NCBI GenBank assembly: GCA_039630085.1
Contig: JBCNVM010000001.1
Location: 96,001-160,000 of the forward strand
Reading direction: 5' to 3'
DNA: 64,000 nucleotides
Origin: Candidatus Caldarchaeales archaeon
GTDB lineage: Archaea; Thermoproteota; Nitrososphaeria_A; Caldarchaeales; Calditenuaceae
The notes under the pieces: model-generated
What the model saw: the letters and a program-made list of their open reading frames with translations, nothing else
Databases searched by the model: none
Told to the model about the DNA's origin: nothing
In this document: piece by piece, positions 1 to 9,732 of the stretch
How the letters are laid out: every line of letters starts with the position of its first letter
Position numbering within the stretch: position 1 is the stretch's first letter
Made by a program: the position numbers and the translations under genes

Positions 1-987
1 CAGCAGCTCCACCATCTCCTCGAGGCCGTAGGGCTCGTACTCGCCCCGCACGTACATCGCGTGGAGCGGTGTCTCTGGCAGGACCATCGTCGGGTAGACT
101 TTGAGCGCATCGGGCCTGAACCTCGGGTCGTCGAAGAGCTGCCTGAACCACTCCCGGTCCCTCTGGGGCGTGCTCCCGGGGAGGCCCGGCATCACGTGGT
201 AAGTCACCTTGAAGGCCCTGTCCCTCAGGTCCGCGGTCGCCTCAGCGACGTCTTGGACCGTGTGGCCCCTCCTCACGACCCGGTAGACCTCGTCGTCGAG
301 CGCCTGGACCCCGACCTCGACCCTCGTCACGCCCATCCGGAGGAGCTCGTCGCCGACGCTACCCTTCGCCCAGTCGGGCTTCGTCTCGACGGTTATCCCT
401 GAGACCCGGGGCCTCGCGACCTCGGCCCTCTCCAGAGCCTCCGCGAGCGAATTGGAGGGGCCGTGGAGTCCGTCGAGCGCCTCCTTGATCGCCCTCCTCT
501 GGAACTCCAGCGGAGCCGCGGTGAACGTCCCGCCGATGAAGATCAGCTCGACCTTGTCGACCTGGTGGCCCATGTCCCTCAGCCTTGAAGCCTGGGCCTC
601 GACCTGGAGTCTGACGTCGTAGCCGATCGACCTCGCGAAGGCGACCCACGCCTCCCTCCCCGTGTAGCTCTGGGGTATTCCCGTGCTGCCTCCTCCCGGA
701 CAGTAGACGCAGCGGCCGTGGGGGCAGAGGAAGAGCGGGAGGACCACCGTGATGACCGACACGCCGGACCTCGTCTTCACGGGCTTCGCCCTGAGCGCCT
801 CCGCGATCTCCTGGTGGCCCATCTCGACCAGCGCGCGGACGACCTCGGCGTCCGAGGGGACCGAGCCCGCCCTCAGCGACCTCGCGACCTCGACCTTGAC
901 CCTGTTCGCCTCGGACTTGTCGGTGACCCTCCTCCTGGCGATCTCCGCGGCCACCCTCCTCGCGAGGTCCGCTGCCGTCCCGCTCAT
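1..987 (-). CDS. elp3: Elongator protein Elp3, radical SAM tRNA uridine(34) acetyltransferase (3' end runs off the window)
   Basis: Manual translation from ATG at 987: ...KTRSGVSVITVV..LCPHGRCVYCPGG..PQSYTG..GHQVDKVELIFIGGTF, the Elp3 signature. Not in the ORF track because it is truncated. Confidence 0.92.
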   Translation of the reverse strand, partial: MSGTAADLARRVAAEIARRRVTDKSEANRVKVEVARSLRAGSVPSDAEVVRALVEMGHQEIAEALRAKPVKTRSGVSVITVVLPLFLCPHGRCVYCPGGGSTGIPQSYTGREAWVAFARSIGYDVRLQVEAQASRLRDMGHQVDKVELIFIGGTFTAAPLEFQRRAIKEALDGLHGPSNSLAEALERAEVARPRVSGITVETKPDWAKGSVGDELLRMGVTRVEVGVQALDDEVYRVVRRGHTVQDVAEATADLRDRAFKVTYHVMPGLPGSTPQRDREWFRQLFDDPRFRPDALKVYPTMVLPETPLHAMYVRGEYEPYGLEEMVELL

Positions 988-1499
988 GCCCTGAGCGGCG
1001 CGCCGTATCTGCCCTCGTACGCCAGCTCCCGGAGCGGCCTCCTGCTCTTCCTCCCGACCAGTCTCCTGTCCGGGTAGCCGAAGCCGACGATGAGGTCTAC
1101 CGAGCGCCCCTCGGGTATGCCGTACCTCTCCCTGATCGCCCTCTCGTCGAAGCCCGTGGTGATGCAGGAGACTATCCCCCTGCTCCAGGCCTCGAGCTGC
1201 ATGTGCGTAAGGGCCCTGCCGGCGTCGAGCTTGTGGTAGGGGTAGGAGGGGTCCGTCGTCACGATCACCGCGAACGCGGCCCCGGCCAGCCACCGGCCGC
1301 TCGGCGAGTGGTCCGCGAGCCAACGCAGCTCCTCTCTGCCCTCGACCAACACGAACCTCCAGTGCTGGGTGTTCTTCCCGCTCCCCGCCCACCTCGCGGC
1401 GTCGAGTATCGAGATCACGTCCTCCCTCGCGACTGGCCTCTCCGCGAAGCTCCTCCAGTCGAGCCTCCTCCGGATCGCCTCCGAGACCGTCTGGGACAT
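984..1499 (-). CDS. Nitroreductase family protein
   Basis: AARWAGSGKNTQHWRFVLV, DAG..L.AWSRG, C-terminal GFGYP..R motifs. Confidence 0.85.
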   Translation of the reverse strand: MSQTVSEAIRRRLDWRSFAERPVAREDVISILDAARWAGSGKNTQHWRFVLVEGREELRWLADHSPSGRWLAGAAFAVIVTTDPSYPYHKLDAGRALTHMQLEAWSRGIVSCITTGFDERAIRERYGIPEGRSVDLIVGFGYPDRRLVGRKSRRPLRELAYEGRYGAPLRA

Positions 1500-1617
1500 T
1501 CCCCCGGAGCCTTCGTCCCTCCGGATTTATTCCCTACTCCCCCGCGCGGATCCGGACGGCCTCCCCTCTTCGCGCCGTGAACGGTTTATGAGGTTCTACC
1601 GAGCGACGGATCGTGAA

Positions 1618-3069
1618 ATGTCGCTGGCCCCGGGCTTCCCGACGCTCCTCCTCACGGTCGCGGTCCCCCTGGGCTTCGCCCCCATCGCCCTGATCTACGG
1701 GAGGATCGCGGGCTGGAGGGCCTCCGCGGCGATCTCTTCGGTCGCGCTGGCGGTCCCGTTCGCCCTGACGCTCCTCCATCTCCCCGACGTCCTCGCGGGC
1801 AGGATTGTCGAGGAGTCGATACCCTGGCTCCCGCAGCTCGGCCTCACGCTCGGCTTCAAGCTGGACGGCCTCAGCTACTTCTTCCTGCTCCTGATCACGC
1901 TCGTGGGTTTCCTCTCCAGCGTCTACTCCTGGAGGTACATGGAGAGGGAGAGGGCCCTGGAGGTGTACTACCCGCTCCTGATGCTCTTCGTGGGAGGGAT
2001 GATCGGCGTCGTGCTGGTCACGAACCTCTTCCTCTTCTACATCTTCTGGGAAGTGATGCTGATACCGAGCTATTTCCTGATCGCCTACTGGGGGACCGGG
2101 AACGCGAGGGTGATCGGTTTCAAGTACTTCGCGATGACCCACGCCGGCGCGCTCTCCCTTCTCGCGGGGATCATCTGGCTCAACGCCCTCTACGGCAACG
2201 TCGAGTTCTCAACGATCGAGAGGATGGCGGGCCTGAGCCCGAGGCCCGAGCTGGTGGCGATATCCGCGCTGATTCTGGTGGGAGCCGCGGTCAAGATGGC
2301 CCTCTTCCCGGTCCACACCTGGCTCCCTGACGCCCACGCCGAGGCCCCGACCCCTATAAGCGTCCTGCTGAGCGGCGTGATGATCAAGACCGGCGCCTAC
2401 GCCTTCGCGAGGATCGTGATAGGCATGCTCGGCGAAGCGTTCAGGGTCTACTCGGACGTGGTCGCGCTCCTCTCGGTCGTCACCATGATATGGGGCGGGG
2501 CGATGGCGCTGGTCCAGACCGACATCAAGAGGATACTGGCGTACAGCTCGGTAAGCCAGATCGGGTACATCGCCTTCGGCCTCTCGGTCTTCGTCCCGCT
2601 CGGCGTCAACGGCGGCCTCCTCCAGGTCTTCACCCACGGGCTCGCGAAGTCGCTGCTCTTCATGACCGCGGGCGTCATCATCCACTCTGTGGGGGAGAGG
2701 GACATCAGGAAGCTGGGAGGGCTGATGGGAGCGATGCCCTTCACCGCGGTCGCCTTCCTCGTCGGAGGCCTATCGATCGCCGGCACTCCTCCCCTTGCGG
2801 GCTTCTTCAGCGAGCTGGTGATCTTCCTCGGAGGTTTCAGGGCCGGTCTCTGGACGCTGACCTTCGTCGCGATCCTCGCGACCGCGATCACCCTCGGGTA
2901 CTACACCAGGACCTTCATGTACGTCTTCCAAGTCGGTGAGCACAGGCACGCCCACGACGCTCCGCTCAGCATGGCCGCGCCGATGGCGGTCCTCCTCGCG
3001 CTGATAGCGTCGTTCGGGCTCTACCTGCCCCAGGTCCAGTCCCTGATCCTGTACTGGCTGGGAGCGTAA
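1618..3069 (+). CDS. Proton-conducting membrane subunit (NuoM/MrpA-D/MbhH family)
   Basis: About 14 TM helices; FYIFWEVMLIPSYFLI, FPVHTWLPDAHAEAPTPISVLLSG, DIKRILAYSSVSQIG. Start moved to ATG 1618, downstream of TTTATG. Confidence 0.88.
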   Translation: MSLAPGFPTLLLTVAVPLGFAPIALIYGRIAGWRASAAISSVALAVPFALTLLHLPDVLAGRIVEESIPWLPQLGLTLGFKLDGLSYFFLLLITLVGFLSSVYSWRYMERERALEVYYPLLMLFVGGMIGVVLVTNLFLFYIFWEVMLIPSYFLIAYWGTGNARVIGFKYFAMTHAGALSLLAGIIWLNALYGNVEFSTIERMAGLSPRPELVAISALILVGAAVKMALFPVHTWLPDAHAEAPTPISVLLSGVMIKTGAYAFARIVIGMLGEAFRVYSDVVALLSVVTMIWGGAMALVQTDIKRILAYSSVSQIGYIAFGLSVFVPLGVNGGLLQVFTHGLAKSLLFMTAGVIIHSVGERDIRKLGGLMGAMPFTAVAFLVGGLSIAGTPPLAGFFSELVIFLGGFRAGLWTLTFVAILATAITLGYYTRTFMYVFQVGEHRHAHDAPLSMAAPMAVLLALIASFGLYLPQVQSLILYWLGA

Positions 3070-3092
3070 AGAAGAAGCCTAGGTTCGGGGCC

Positions 3093-3989
3093 CTACAGCG
3101 CCTTCACTCCGTTGCGCGGGTCCCTCTTCACCCTGTTGAACTCCTCGAGGATCCTCCTGAAGATCGGGCCCGGGCGACCGTCGTTGATCGGGAGCTTGTT
3201 CACGAACCCTATCGGGACCAGCTCCGTTCCGGTGCCTGTGACGAAGGCCTCGTCGGCGATCATCAGCTCGACCGGCGTGAGGTCCCGCTCGATCACCTGT
3301 ATCCCGAGCCTGCTGGCGATCTCCATCACTACGGCCCTCGTTATCCCCGGGAGGATGCCCGCGGTGACGGGCGGCGTGAAGAGCTTCCCGTCCCTCACGA
3401 TGAAGAGGTTCGCGCCCGTGGCCTCGGAGAGGAAGCCGCGGCTGTCGAGCATTATCGCGTCGTCGGCGCCGGCCTCAATCGCTTCGATCTTCGCGAGTAT
3501 CGAGTTGAGGTAGTTGAGGGACTTGACCTCGTGGCTCGTGGCGTAGACCGGGTCCCTCCTCGTTGAGCTGATAATCACGGACACCCCGAACTCCCTCTCC
3601 CCCTTCCCGAGTATCGGCTCCAGGTGCTCGACGATGATGATCACGCTCGGCCTCCCGCACTTCCTTGGGTCCAGGCCTAGGTCGCCGACGCCCCTCGTGA
3701 CCACGAGCCTGATGTACGCGTCCCTGAAGCCGTTGGCCCTGACGGTCCTCACGACCTCGCCGATCATCGTCTCCTTGTCCATCGGTATCTTGATCCTGAG
3801 GACCTTCGCGGAGTTGTAGAGCCTGTCGATGTGCTCCCTTAGCTTGAAGACCACGCCGTCGTAGACCCTGATCCCCTCGAAGACGCCGTCGCCGTAGAGG
3901 AGGCCGTGGTCGAAGACCGAGATCTTCGCCTGGGACTTGGGATAGAACTCGCCGTCGATGTAGACGAGCGGCTCGCGCTGCTCGCTCAT
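3093..3989 (-). CDS. ilvE: Branched-chain amino acid aminotransferase
   Basis: DHGLLYGDGVFEGIR, KSLNYLN, ILPGITR, DEAFVTGT (class IV aminotransferase). Confidence 0.93.
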   Translation of the reverse strand: MSEQREPLVYIDGEFYPKSQAKISVFDHGLLYGDGVFEGIRVYDGVVFKLREHIDRLYNSAKVLRIKIPMDKETMIGEVVRTVRANGFRDAYIRLVVTRGVGDLGLDPRKCGRPSVIIIVEHLEPILGKGEREFGVSVIISSTRRDPVYATSHEVKSLNYLNSILAKIEAIEAGADDAIMLDSRGFLSEATGANLFIVRDGKLFTPPVTAGILPGITRAVVMEIASRLGIQVIERDLTPVELMIADEAFVTGTGTELVPIGFVNKLPINDGRPGPIFRRILEEFNRVKRDPRNGVKAL

Positions 3990-4021
3990 CGCCCTGAGAT
4001 CGTCGGGGACTCAATATGTCT

Positions 4022-4618
4022 TTACGCGTCCCCTCGACGGACCAGCGGGATCAGCCCGAAGCCCGTGCGGCCCTCCCCGAGGACCCGCCTGACCGCACCG
4101 GCTATAGCGCCGACGTCGAGGCCCCTGTACTCGCGGACCCCCGATGCCTCCATCCTCCCCAGGGCCCTCCCGAGGAGCCTGAAGTAGCCCTCCACGTCGC
4201 CGGTCTGAAGCTTGACGTGTGCCGCCGCGAGCAGGATCAACCCGTTGAGCAGGGCCCTCTCCGGGCCTTCGGAACTCCTCCAGAGCGGCTCGAGGGCCTC
4301 GTGGGCCTCCCAGTACCTCCTGTTGGCGTAGAGCGTGACCGCCCTCTCGAATGGGTCCGCGCCGGGCTCCTCGACTCCCACCTCGACGCGGTACTGGACC
4401 TCGCCGAGCGTCCTCAGCCTCCCGAGGGCCTCTGCTATCGCCTCCGTCCGCAGATCGACCTCGACCCGCGCGTCGGAGATTCTGACCTCGATGACCTGAG
4501 CATCTGTCCCGCTCAGGAGCGACCTGACCCTAGAGAAGAGATCTCGGTGGTCCGAGGGCTCTGCTCCCGGAACCGAGAGGCCTACCAAGTAGCGCCTGGG
4601 ACTCGGGGCCCTGATCAT
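4022..4618 (-). CDS. DUF309 domain-containing protein
   Basis: C-terminal LYANRRYWEAHEALEPLW...GLILLAAAHVK motif. Confidence 0.75.
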   Translation of the reverse strand: MIRAPSPRRYLVGLSVPGAEPSDHRDLFSRVRSLLSGTDAQVIEVRISDARVEVDLRTEAIAEALGRLRTLGEVQYRVEVGVEEPGADPFERAVTLYANRRYWEAHEALEPLWRSSEGPERALLNGLILLAAAHVKLQTGDVEGYFRLLGRALGRMEASGVREYRGLDVGAIAGAVRRVLGEGRTGFGLIPLVRRGDA

Positions 4619-5145
4619 TCGAAGGGCTGGAGCACCTGGCCGACCGGCTTAACGCCCCTCCTCCCGAGCCTCTTCACGACCCTCCTCCTGAGCGGGTCCG
4701 GGATCCTCAGCTGGCGGTCGTTGTAGACGGCGGGGTGGTAGGGGTCGACCGCGATCACCTCGAACCAGTGGTAGAGGCTGTCCGACGCGAGGGGGTAGCC
4801 TCCGAGGATGTGGATGTTCGGGTACCTCCTCTTCACCCTCGAGATCGCCTCCTCGAGCGCCGTGACGTTCACCTTGTGCTTCACGACGCCCAGCGCCTTC
4901 GGCCTCCTCCCGGAGTTCGGCCTGGGCCTCGCGAACCCTCCCCTCCTCACCCTGACCCTCAGGACGACGAATCCCTGCTTCGCCCTGTACCCGATCTGCC
5001 TCGCCCTGTCGAGCCTGAGCGGCTTCTCGACCCTCACGACGGACGCCTCCCTCCTCCACCTGATCCTCCTCTCCCTGAGGAGCCTCACCAGCTCCTCCGG
5101 CCTCTCCCTCCAGAGCTCGTTCAGCCTCGCGTAGGCGCCGGGCAT
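4615..5145 (-). CDS. rpl15e: 50S ribosomal protein L15e
   Basis: RVEKPLRLDRARQIGYRAKQGFVVLRVRVRRGG..RPNSGRRPKALG, FEVIAVDPYHP. Confidence 0.95.
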   Translation of the reverse strand: MPGAYARLNELWRERPEELVRLLRERRIRWRREASVVRVEKPLRLDRARQIGYRAKQGFVVLRVRVRRGGFARPRPNSGRRPKALGVVKHKVNVTALEEAISRVKRRYPNIHILGGYPLASDSLYHWFEVIAVDPYHPAVYNDRQLRIPDPLRRRVVKRLGRRGVKPVGQVLQPFE

Positions 5146-5196
5146 CGGCGTCATTCCACGTCGGCTTCTAAAAAGCATAGCGACGCGAAGGCCGTT

Positions 5197-6159
5197 CTAA
5201 CGTTGCGGGATCAGGACCCTACCGATCGACCTGATCGCCTCCTCCGGGTCCCGGCCGAGTGGGTAACCGAGGCAGACCAGCGTGACCCCCGACTTGGACA
5301 TCTCGTGCAGCTGCTCCCCGAGCTCCTCGACGGTCCCGAAGAACGCGAACCTCCTCGCGACCTCCTCGGCCCTCTCCGAAGGCCTCAGTAGCGCCTCCTC
5401 CACGTGGCCGACGTCGAGCCCTGCTTGTCTGAGCATCGGCGAGTTCCCGACTAGGCGGACCAAGTACTGCCTCAGGACCGGGACGAGGGCCTCGAGCGCC
5501 TCTCTTCTGTCATCCGAGACGTAACAGAACGGTCTCGCGACCAGCTCGAAGCCCTTTGGGTCCAGAGAGGCCGAGGCCTTAGCCTCCCTTGCGGTGGAGG
5601 CCATCACCCTCGCGTACTCCGGGTCCCAGAGGTTGTCGACCACGACGCCCGAGACGAAGGGCAGTGAGGCGGCGATTGCGCAGAGCCTAGTGCCGGAGGT
5701 CCCGACGTAGAGCTTGGGCATCTTCCCGACGGCCCAGCTTAGCATGGGAGGGCTCCCGTCGGCGGCCAAGAGAATGTGAACGGCCTTCAGGTATGCGACG
5801 AACTCGCTGACGCTCGGCCTCCTCCTCCCGACGAGCTCCCCGAAGGCTCCCCTCGAGACGCCGAGCACCGCCCTGCTTCCCGCGACCTCGCTCAGCGCAG
5901 CCGCGAACCTCGCCAGGACAACCGGCTCGTAGGCGAACGCCGGCACGGTCACCGGACCCACGCGGACCACCGAGGTCTCCCTCGCGACGAGGAACGCGGA
6001 TGCCCAGGCCGGTCTGTGGGGCAGGTGCTCGTAGAGGTGGACCGAGTCGAACCCGAGCCTCTCGGCGAGCGAGGCGAGCCTCACCAGCTCTGCGTTCGGC
6101 CTGTCGCCCTCGAGGACTATTCCCAGGGAAGGCAGCCCCGAGGTCGCTCTCGCGGTCAA
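5197..6159 (-). CDS. LLM-class flavin/F420-dependent oxidoreductase (Mer-like)
   Basis: AERLGFDSVHLYEH, TSVVRVGP, RAVLGVSRG, FFGTVEEL luciferase-like fold motifs. Confidence 0.72.
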   Translation of the reverse strand: MTARATSGLPSLGIVLEGDRPNAELVRLASLAERLGFDSVHLYEHLPHRPAWASAFLVARETSVVRVGPVTVPAFAYEPVVLARFAAALSEVAGSRAVLGVSRGAFGELVGRRRPSVSEFVAYLKAVHILLAADGSPPMLSWAVGKMPKLYVGTSGTRLCAIAASLPFVSGVVVDNLWDPEYARVMASTAREAKASASLDPKGFELVARPFCYVSDDRREALEALVPVLRQYLVRLVGNSPMLRQAGLDVGHVEEALLRPSERAEEVARRFAFFGTVEELGEQLHEMSKSGVTLVCLGYPLGRDPEEAIRSIGRVLIPQR

Positions 6160-6221
6160 CCTCGTTCGGGTTCACGCGGCCTCGATGGGGTTATTAAATC
6201 CGGCACGGAGGTGGCGCGAGG

Positions 6222-6836
6222 ATGCCTGAAGGGAAGGCGAAGGAGGAGTACGTGATCAGGGCTCCGAGGTACTTCGGAGAGCGGGAGCTGGGCTACACCT
6301 ACGCCGACGACCCCGCGAAGCTCATCGGGAGGACGGTCTCCGTCAGCCTCTACACGCTCACCGACGACATCACGAAGCAGTACATGCTGGTGAAGTTCAG
6401 GGTCGTCAGGATCAACGGGAGGTACGCCGAGACCGTCTTCTACGGCCACGAGTACGGCAGGGAGTACCTCAGGAGCCTGATCAGGAGGGGGACGACGATG
6501 GTCGAGGGGATCTCCGACGTCACAACGCGGGACGGGTTCGGAATGAGGGTCTACGGGGTCGTGTTCACCAACAGGCGGATAAGGCACGGGAAGGTCGTGG
6601 ACATCAGAAGGACGATGCGGTCGGTCTTCGAGGACGCGGCCTCGAGGCTCAACCACGACCAGTTCGCGATCGAGATGGTCCTAGGGAAAATGGGCTCGGA
6701 CGTCTTCAACCAGGTCAAGAGGATCCTGATTCCGAGGCACGTCGGGGTCTACAAGTCTAAGGTGGTCGCGCTCCCGGACTGGGTCTCCACATCCCCCGAG
6801 CCGCCGGCGAAGGCCGCGGAGGCCGTAGGGACCTAG
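6222..6836 (+). CDS. rps3ae: 30S ribosomal protein S3Ae (eS1)
   Basis: APRYFG..ADDPAKLIGRTVSVSLYTLTDD, FYGHEYGREYLRSLIRRG, DVTTRDG. Confidence 0.93.
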   Translation: MPEGKAKEEYVIRAPRYFGERELGYTYADDPAKLIGRTVSVSLYTLTDDITKQYMLVKFRVVRINGRYAETVFYGHEYGREYLRSLIRRGTTMVEGISDVTTRDGFGMRVYGVVFTNRRIRHGKVVDIRRTMRSVFEDAASRLNHDQFAIEMVLGKMGSDVFNQVKRILIPRHVGVYKSKVVALPDWVSTSPEPPAKAAEAVGT

Positions 6837-7144
6837 ACGCCGGACCCGAACCTCCTGAGGTAGTAGCCCTCCTCCCGCTTCTCGATCAGTCCACGGACTC
6901 CTTCGCTTCGGATCCTCGACTTGAGCTCCTCGGCCTCCCTCTCGGTCAGCTCTCCCCTCCCGAGGAGGTAGTCGACCACGCTGATCGCCTCCTCGTCGCT
7001 GGAGCACCTCGAGAGGTAGTCGATGGGGCCAGGCATGAAGCCCCTGAGCGCGTCGACCCTCGTCCTCAGCTGCGGCCTCGACCTGAGCTCCTCGGAGAGG
7101 TGCGGGAAGGCCTTCTCGAAGTCCTCGAGGTCCCACTCGCTCAC
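6833..7144 (-). CDS. DUF2095 family protein
   Basis: From GTG 7144: FEKAFPHLSEEL..P..IDYLSRCSSDEEAISVVDYL..RGEL..GVR..KREEGYY. The longer ORF-track N-terminus overlaps trm14 and is judged spurious. Confidence 0.75.
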   Translation of the reverse strand: MSEWDLEDFEKAFPHLSEELRSRPQLRTRVDALRGFMPGPIDYLSRCSSDEEAISVVDYLLGRGELTEREAEELKSRIRSEGVRGLIEKREEGYYLRRFGSGV

Positions 7145-7256
7145 GCCCTCATCTCCCTCCCCGGATATTAGAGGGTTCAGCGGACTTCCGGCTGACGGTT
7201 CGCGCAGTATTAATCGGGTCGGCTGGCCTCGTCGGCCCGGAAGGCGCTTGAGGGCG

Positions 7257-8399
7257 ATGGCGACGACGTTCACCGGGCTGGAGGACGTTGCCGCGTCCGA
7301 GGTCGAGTCGCTGCTGGGGAGGAGGGCCGAGCAGGACGTCTCGAAGGTGGTCGTCGAGTGCGACCGGAGGGAGCTGGTGAGGCTCGTCCTCGCCTCCCGG
7401 GGGATCAACAAGGTCTTCCTGGAGCTCGTCGGAGCGAGCGTCTCCGGGCTGAGGGGGATCAGCGAGGTCGTGAAGTCCGTCGACCTGAGGGAGGTCATCT
7501 CGCCTGACCAGAGCTTCGCGGTCAGGGCGGAGAGGGTCGGGACGCACGGCTTCACGAGCATGGACGTGGCCGCGGAGGTCGGGGCAGCCGTAATCCGGTC
7601 CTACCTTGAGGCGACCGGCGCGAGGCTGAGGGTGGACCTGAACGATCCCGACGTCGAGCTCTACGCGCTCCTCAGGGACGACCGGTTCACGCTCGGGGTC
7701 AACTTGGTCGGGAGGTCGCTTCAGAGGAGGTTCTACAGGGCCTCCGGCCACAGGACCGCGCTTCCCGCCACCCTCGCGTACCTCATGGTGAGGTTCTCCG
7801 GGTGGACACCCGAGAGGGCCCTGATCGACCCCTTCTGCGGAACTGGGACCATACCGATCGAGGCCGCGCTGGCCGGGCTCGACGTCTGCCCCACCGTCTA
7901 CAGAGACCCGAGGGACCTCGCGCTGACGAGGCTCAGGCTCCTCGACGGGGAGCTGGTGGAGTCGGTGAGGTCGGAGCTCATCGGGTCCGAGCGGAGGGAG
8001 AGGGAGCTCAAGGTGGTCGGGACGGACGTCTCGACCAAGGCCCTCGAGGCGGCGAGGAGGAACGTGGAGGCGGCCGGCCTCCCGGGGAAGGTGCTGCTGG
8101 AGAGGTTGGACGCCCAGAGGTTCGACTCCTGGCCGAGGCTAAGGGAGCTGGGGACCGACGCGCTGGTCGTGACCGACCCTCCCTTCGGTATCAGGAGCGG
8201 GCCCTCTGATCCCTATCAGTTCTACGTCAGGTCCTTCTCCTCGATCAGGAGGGGGCTGCGCGGCGGGACGCTGGTGGCCGTCTTCAGCAAGCACGCGGTC
8301 GCGACGAGGGCCCTGACGGAGGCCGGGTGGAGCGTCACGGGGACGAGGAGGGTGAAGTACGGCCACTTGGAAGTCCTGCTGGTCAGGGCCGAGGCCTAG
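7257..8399 (+). CDS. trm14: THUMP-domain tRNA (guanine(6)-N2)-methyltransferase
   Basis: ATTFTGLEDVAASEV, SFAVRAERVGTHGFTS, DPFCGTGTIPIEAA, VTDPPFGIR. Confidence 0.82.
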   Translation: MATTFTGLEDVAASEVESLLGRRAEQDVSKVVVECDRRELVRLVLASRGINKVFLELVGASVSGLRGISEVVKSVDLREVISPDQSFAVRAERVGTHGFTSMDVAAEVGAAVIRSYLEATGARLRVDLNDPDVELYALLRDDRFTLGVNLVGRSLQRRFYRASGHRTALPATLAYLMVRFSGWTPERALIDPFCGTGTIPIEAALAGLDVCPTVYRDPRDLALTRLRLLDGELVESVRSELIGSERRERELKVVGTDVSTKALEAARRNVEAAGLPGKVLLERLDAQRFDSWPRLRELGTDALVVTDPPFGIRSGPSDPYQFYVRSFSSIRRGLRGGTLVAVFSKHAVATRALTEAGWSVTGTRRVKYGHLEVLLVRAEA

Positions 8400-8400
8400 C

Positions 8401-9162
8401 TCAGTCCATCCTCGGGGCTATCAGGTAGTCGACTCTGCCCCCAGTGAGCGGGAAGCTCAGCTTGACGGGCCTGTTGTTGCTGAGGTGAACGGTCATCTCG
8501 TCGGAGAGCTGCTTCGCCGGCCTCACGATCTTCTCCAAGTACGCGATGCTGAAGGAGGCCGAGACGTCAGACCTCGCGTCCACCTCGTAGAGCGCGGCGC
8601 CTCCCTTCACGAACTTGTGCTGGGAGGACTTAGCCTCTCCCTTGGCTAGGATGATCAGGGCGTCGGGCCTGATGGTGATCCTCACCGCGTCCGAGATGGC
8701 CTTCGCGTCCTCGATCGCCTCGTAGAACTCGTCCGAGGAGACCCTCGCCCACGCCTCGAAGCTGAGTTTCGGGGGATTGATGGTCCCTCCCATGGGCTCG
8801 AGGGTGTTGACCACGAAGTCCCTCTCCTTCCCTCCCCTGACGTCGACCAGCGAGAGGGTCAGCCTCCTGACTTCGTCGTCGTAGGAGAGGACGAGGGCCT
8901 CGTTCTTCCTGGCCCTCCTAAGAAGCTTCACGAGGTCCTCAAAGTTCAGCGTGATCTCGACCTCCTTCGTGACCCTGTACTCCTCGGCGGCCTCCCTCCT
9001 CAGCTCCATGTCCACCAAGGAGATGTGGGCCGGATCCATCGCTGTAAGCCTCACCGACTCCGGCGAGACCTTGAAGGTCCCCTCCCCAATCACGGCGGTG
9101 ATCGCCCTGAGCACGTCGGTCACGTAGTCGGCGTTCGGGAACCTCAGGTGGGCTACCTCCAT
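8401..9162 (-). CDS. pcn: DNA polymerase sliding clamp PCNA
   Basis: AMDPAHISLV, C-terminal YLIAPR, 253 aa. Confidence 0.93.
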   Translation of the reverse strand: MEVAHLRFPNADYVTDVLRAITAVIGEGTFKVSPESVRLTAMDPAHISLVDMELRREAAEEYRVTKEVEITLNFEDLVKLLRRARKNEALVLSYDDEVRRLTLSLVDVRGGKERDFVVNTLEPMGGTINPPKLSFEAWARVSSDEFYEAIEDAKAISDAVRITIRPDALIILAKGEAKSSQHKFVKGGAALYEVDARSDVSASFSIAYLEKIVRPAKQLSDEMTVHLSNNRPVKLSFPLTGGRVDYLIAPRMD

Positions 9163-9252
9163 CCCGCCCCCGTCTAGGACCCAGTCCGTAAAGAGGTTAT
9201 CAAGGCTAGCGGCCCTCCGGGGTAAGGGCTTCCCGAGCCGGTGTCCCGAGTA

Positions 9253-9732
9253 CTACGCGACGATGAAGTCCGGTATGGAGGAGATCTCGAGGAGCGCGTC
9301 GCAGTAGTAGCACTGGACGTAACCCTGCTCCTTCAGCACCCTGAACCTCCTCACGACCGGCTCCCTCTTGGCGTTCGAGATGCAGGTGACTTCGGGGCAC
9401 CGGACCTTCCCCACCAGTTCCTCGGGGAGGTTCGGGACGTACTTCTGGACCTTCCAGTCACTGATGAAGTTGATGGTCGCGGTGGGGAAGAGCAGCTTGA
9501 TCAGCGCCGCGTCCGGCTCCCTGATGTAGTAGTGGTAGAGCTTTACCACGTCCTTCCTTCCGTACTTCCTGCTCGGGACGCTCTTCAGGACGATCACCGA
9601 GACGTCGGGGTCCTTTGTCAGCGACTCGGCCTCGATCAGCTTCAGGACCTGGTCGGCCCTCCAGCTCGGGATGTGGTCGATGACCGTCCCCCAGTCGATC
9701 TTCCTGACCAGGAGCTGCTCCTCTCCGCTCAT
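9253..9732 (-). CDS. pyrI: Aspartate carbamoyltransferase regulatory subunit
   Basis: GTVIDHIP, S.KYGRKDVVK, CPEVTCIS...CYYC zinc site; follows pyrB. Confidence 0.93.
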   Translation of the reverse strand: MSGEEQLLVRKIDWGTVIDHIPSWRADQVLKLIEAESLTKDPDVSVIVLKSVPSRKYGRKDVVKLYHYYIREPDAALIKLLFPTATINFISDWKVQKYVPNLPEELVGKVRCPEVTCISNAKREPVVRRFRVLKEQGYVQCYYCDALLEISSIPDFIVA

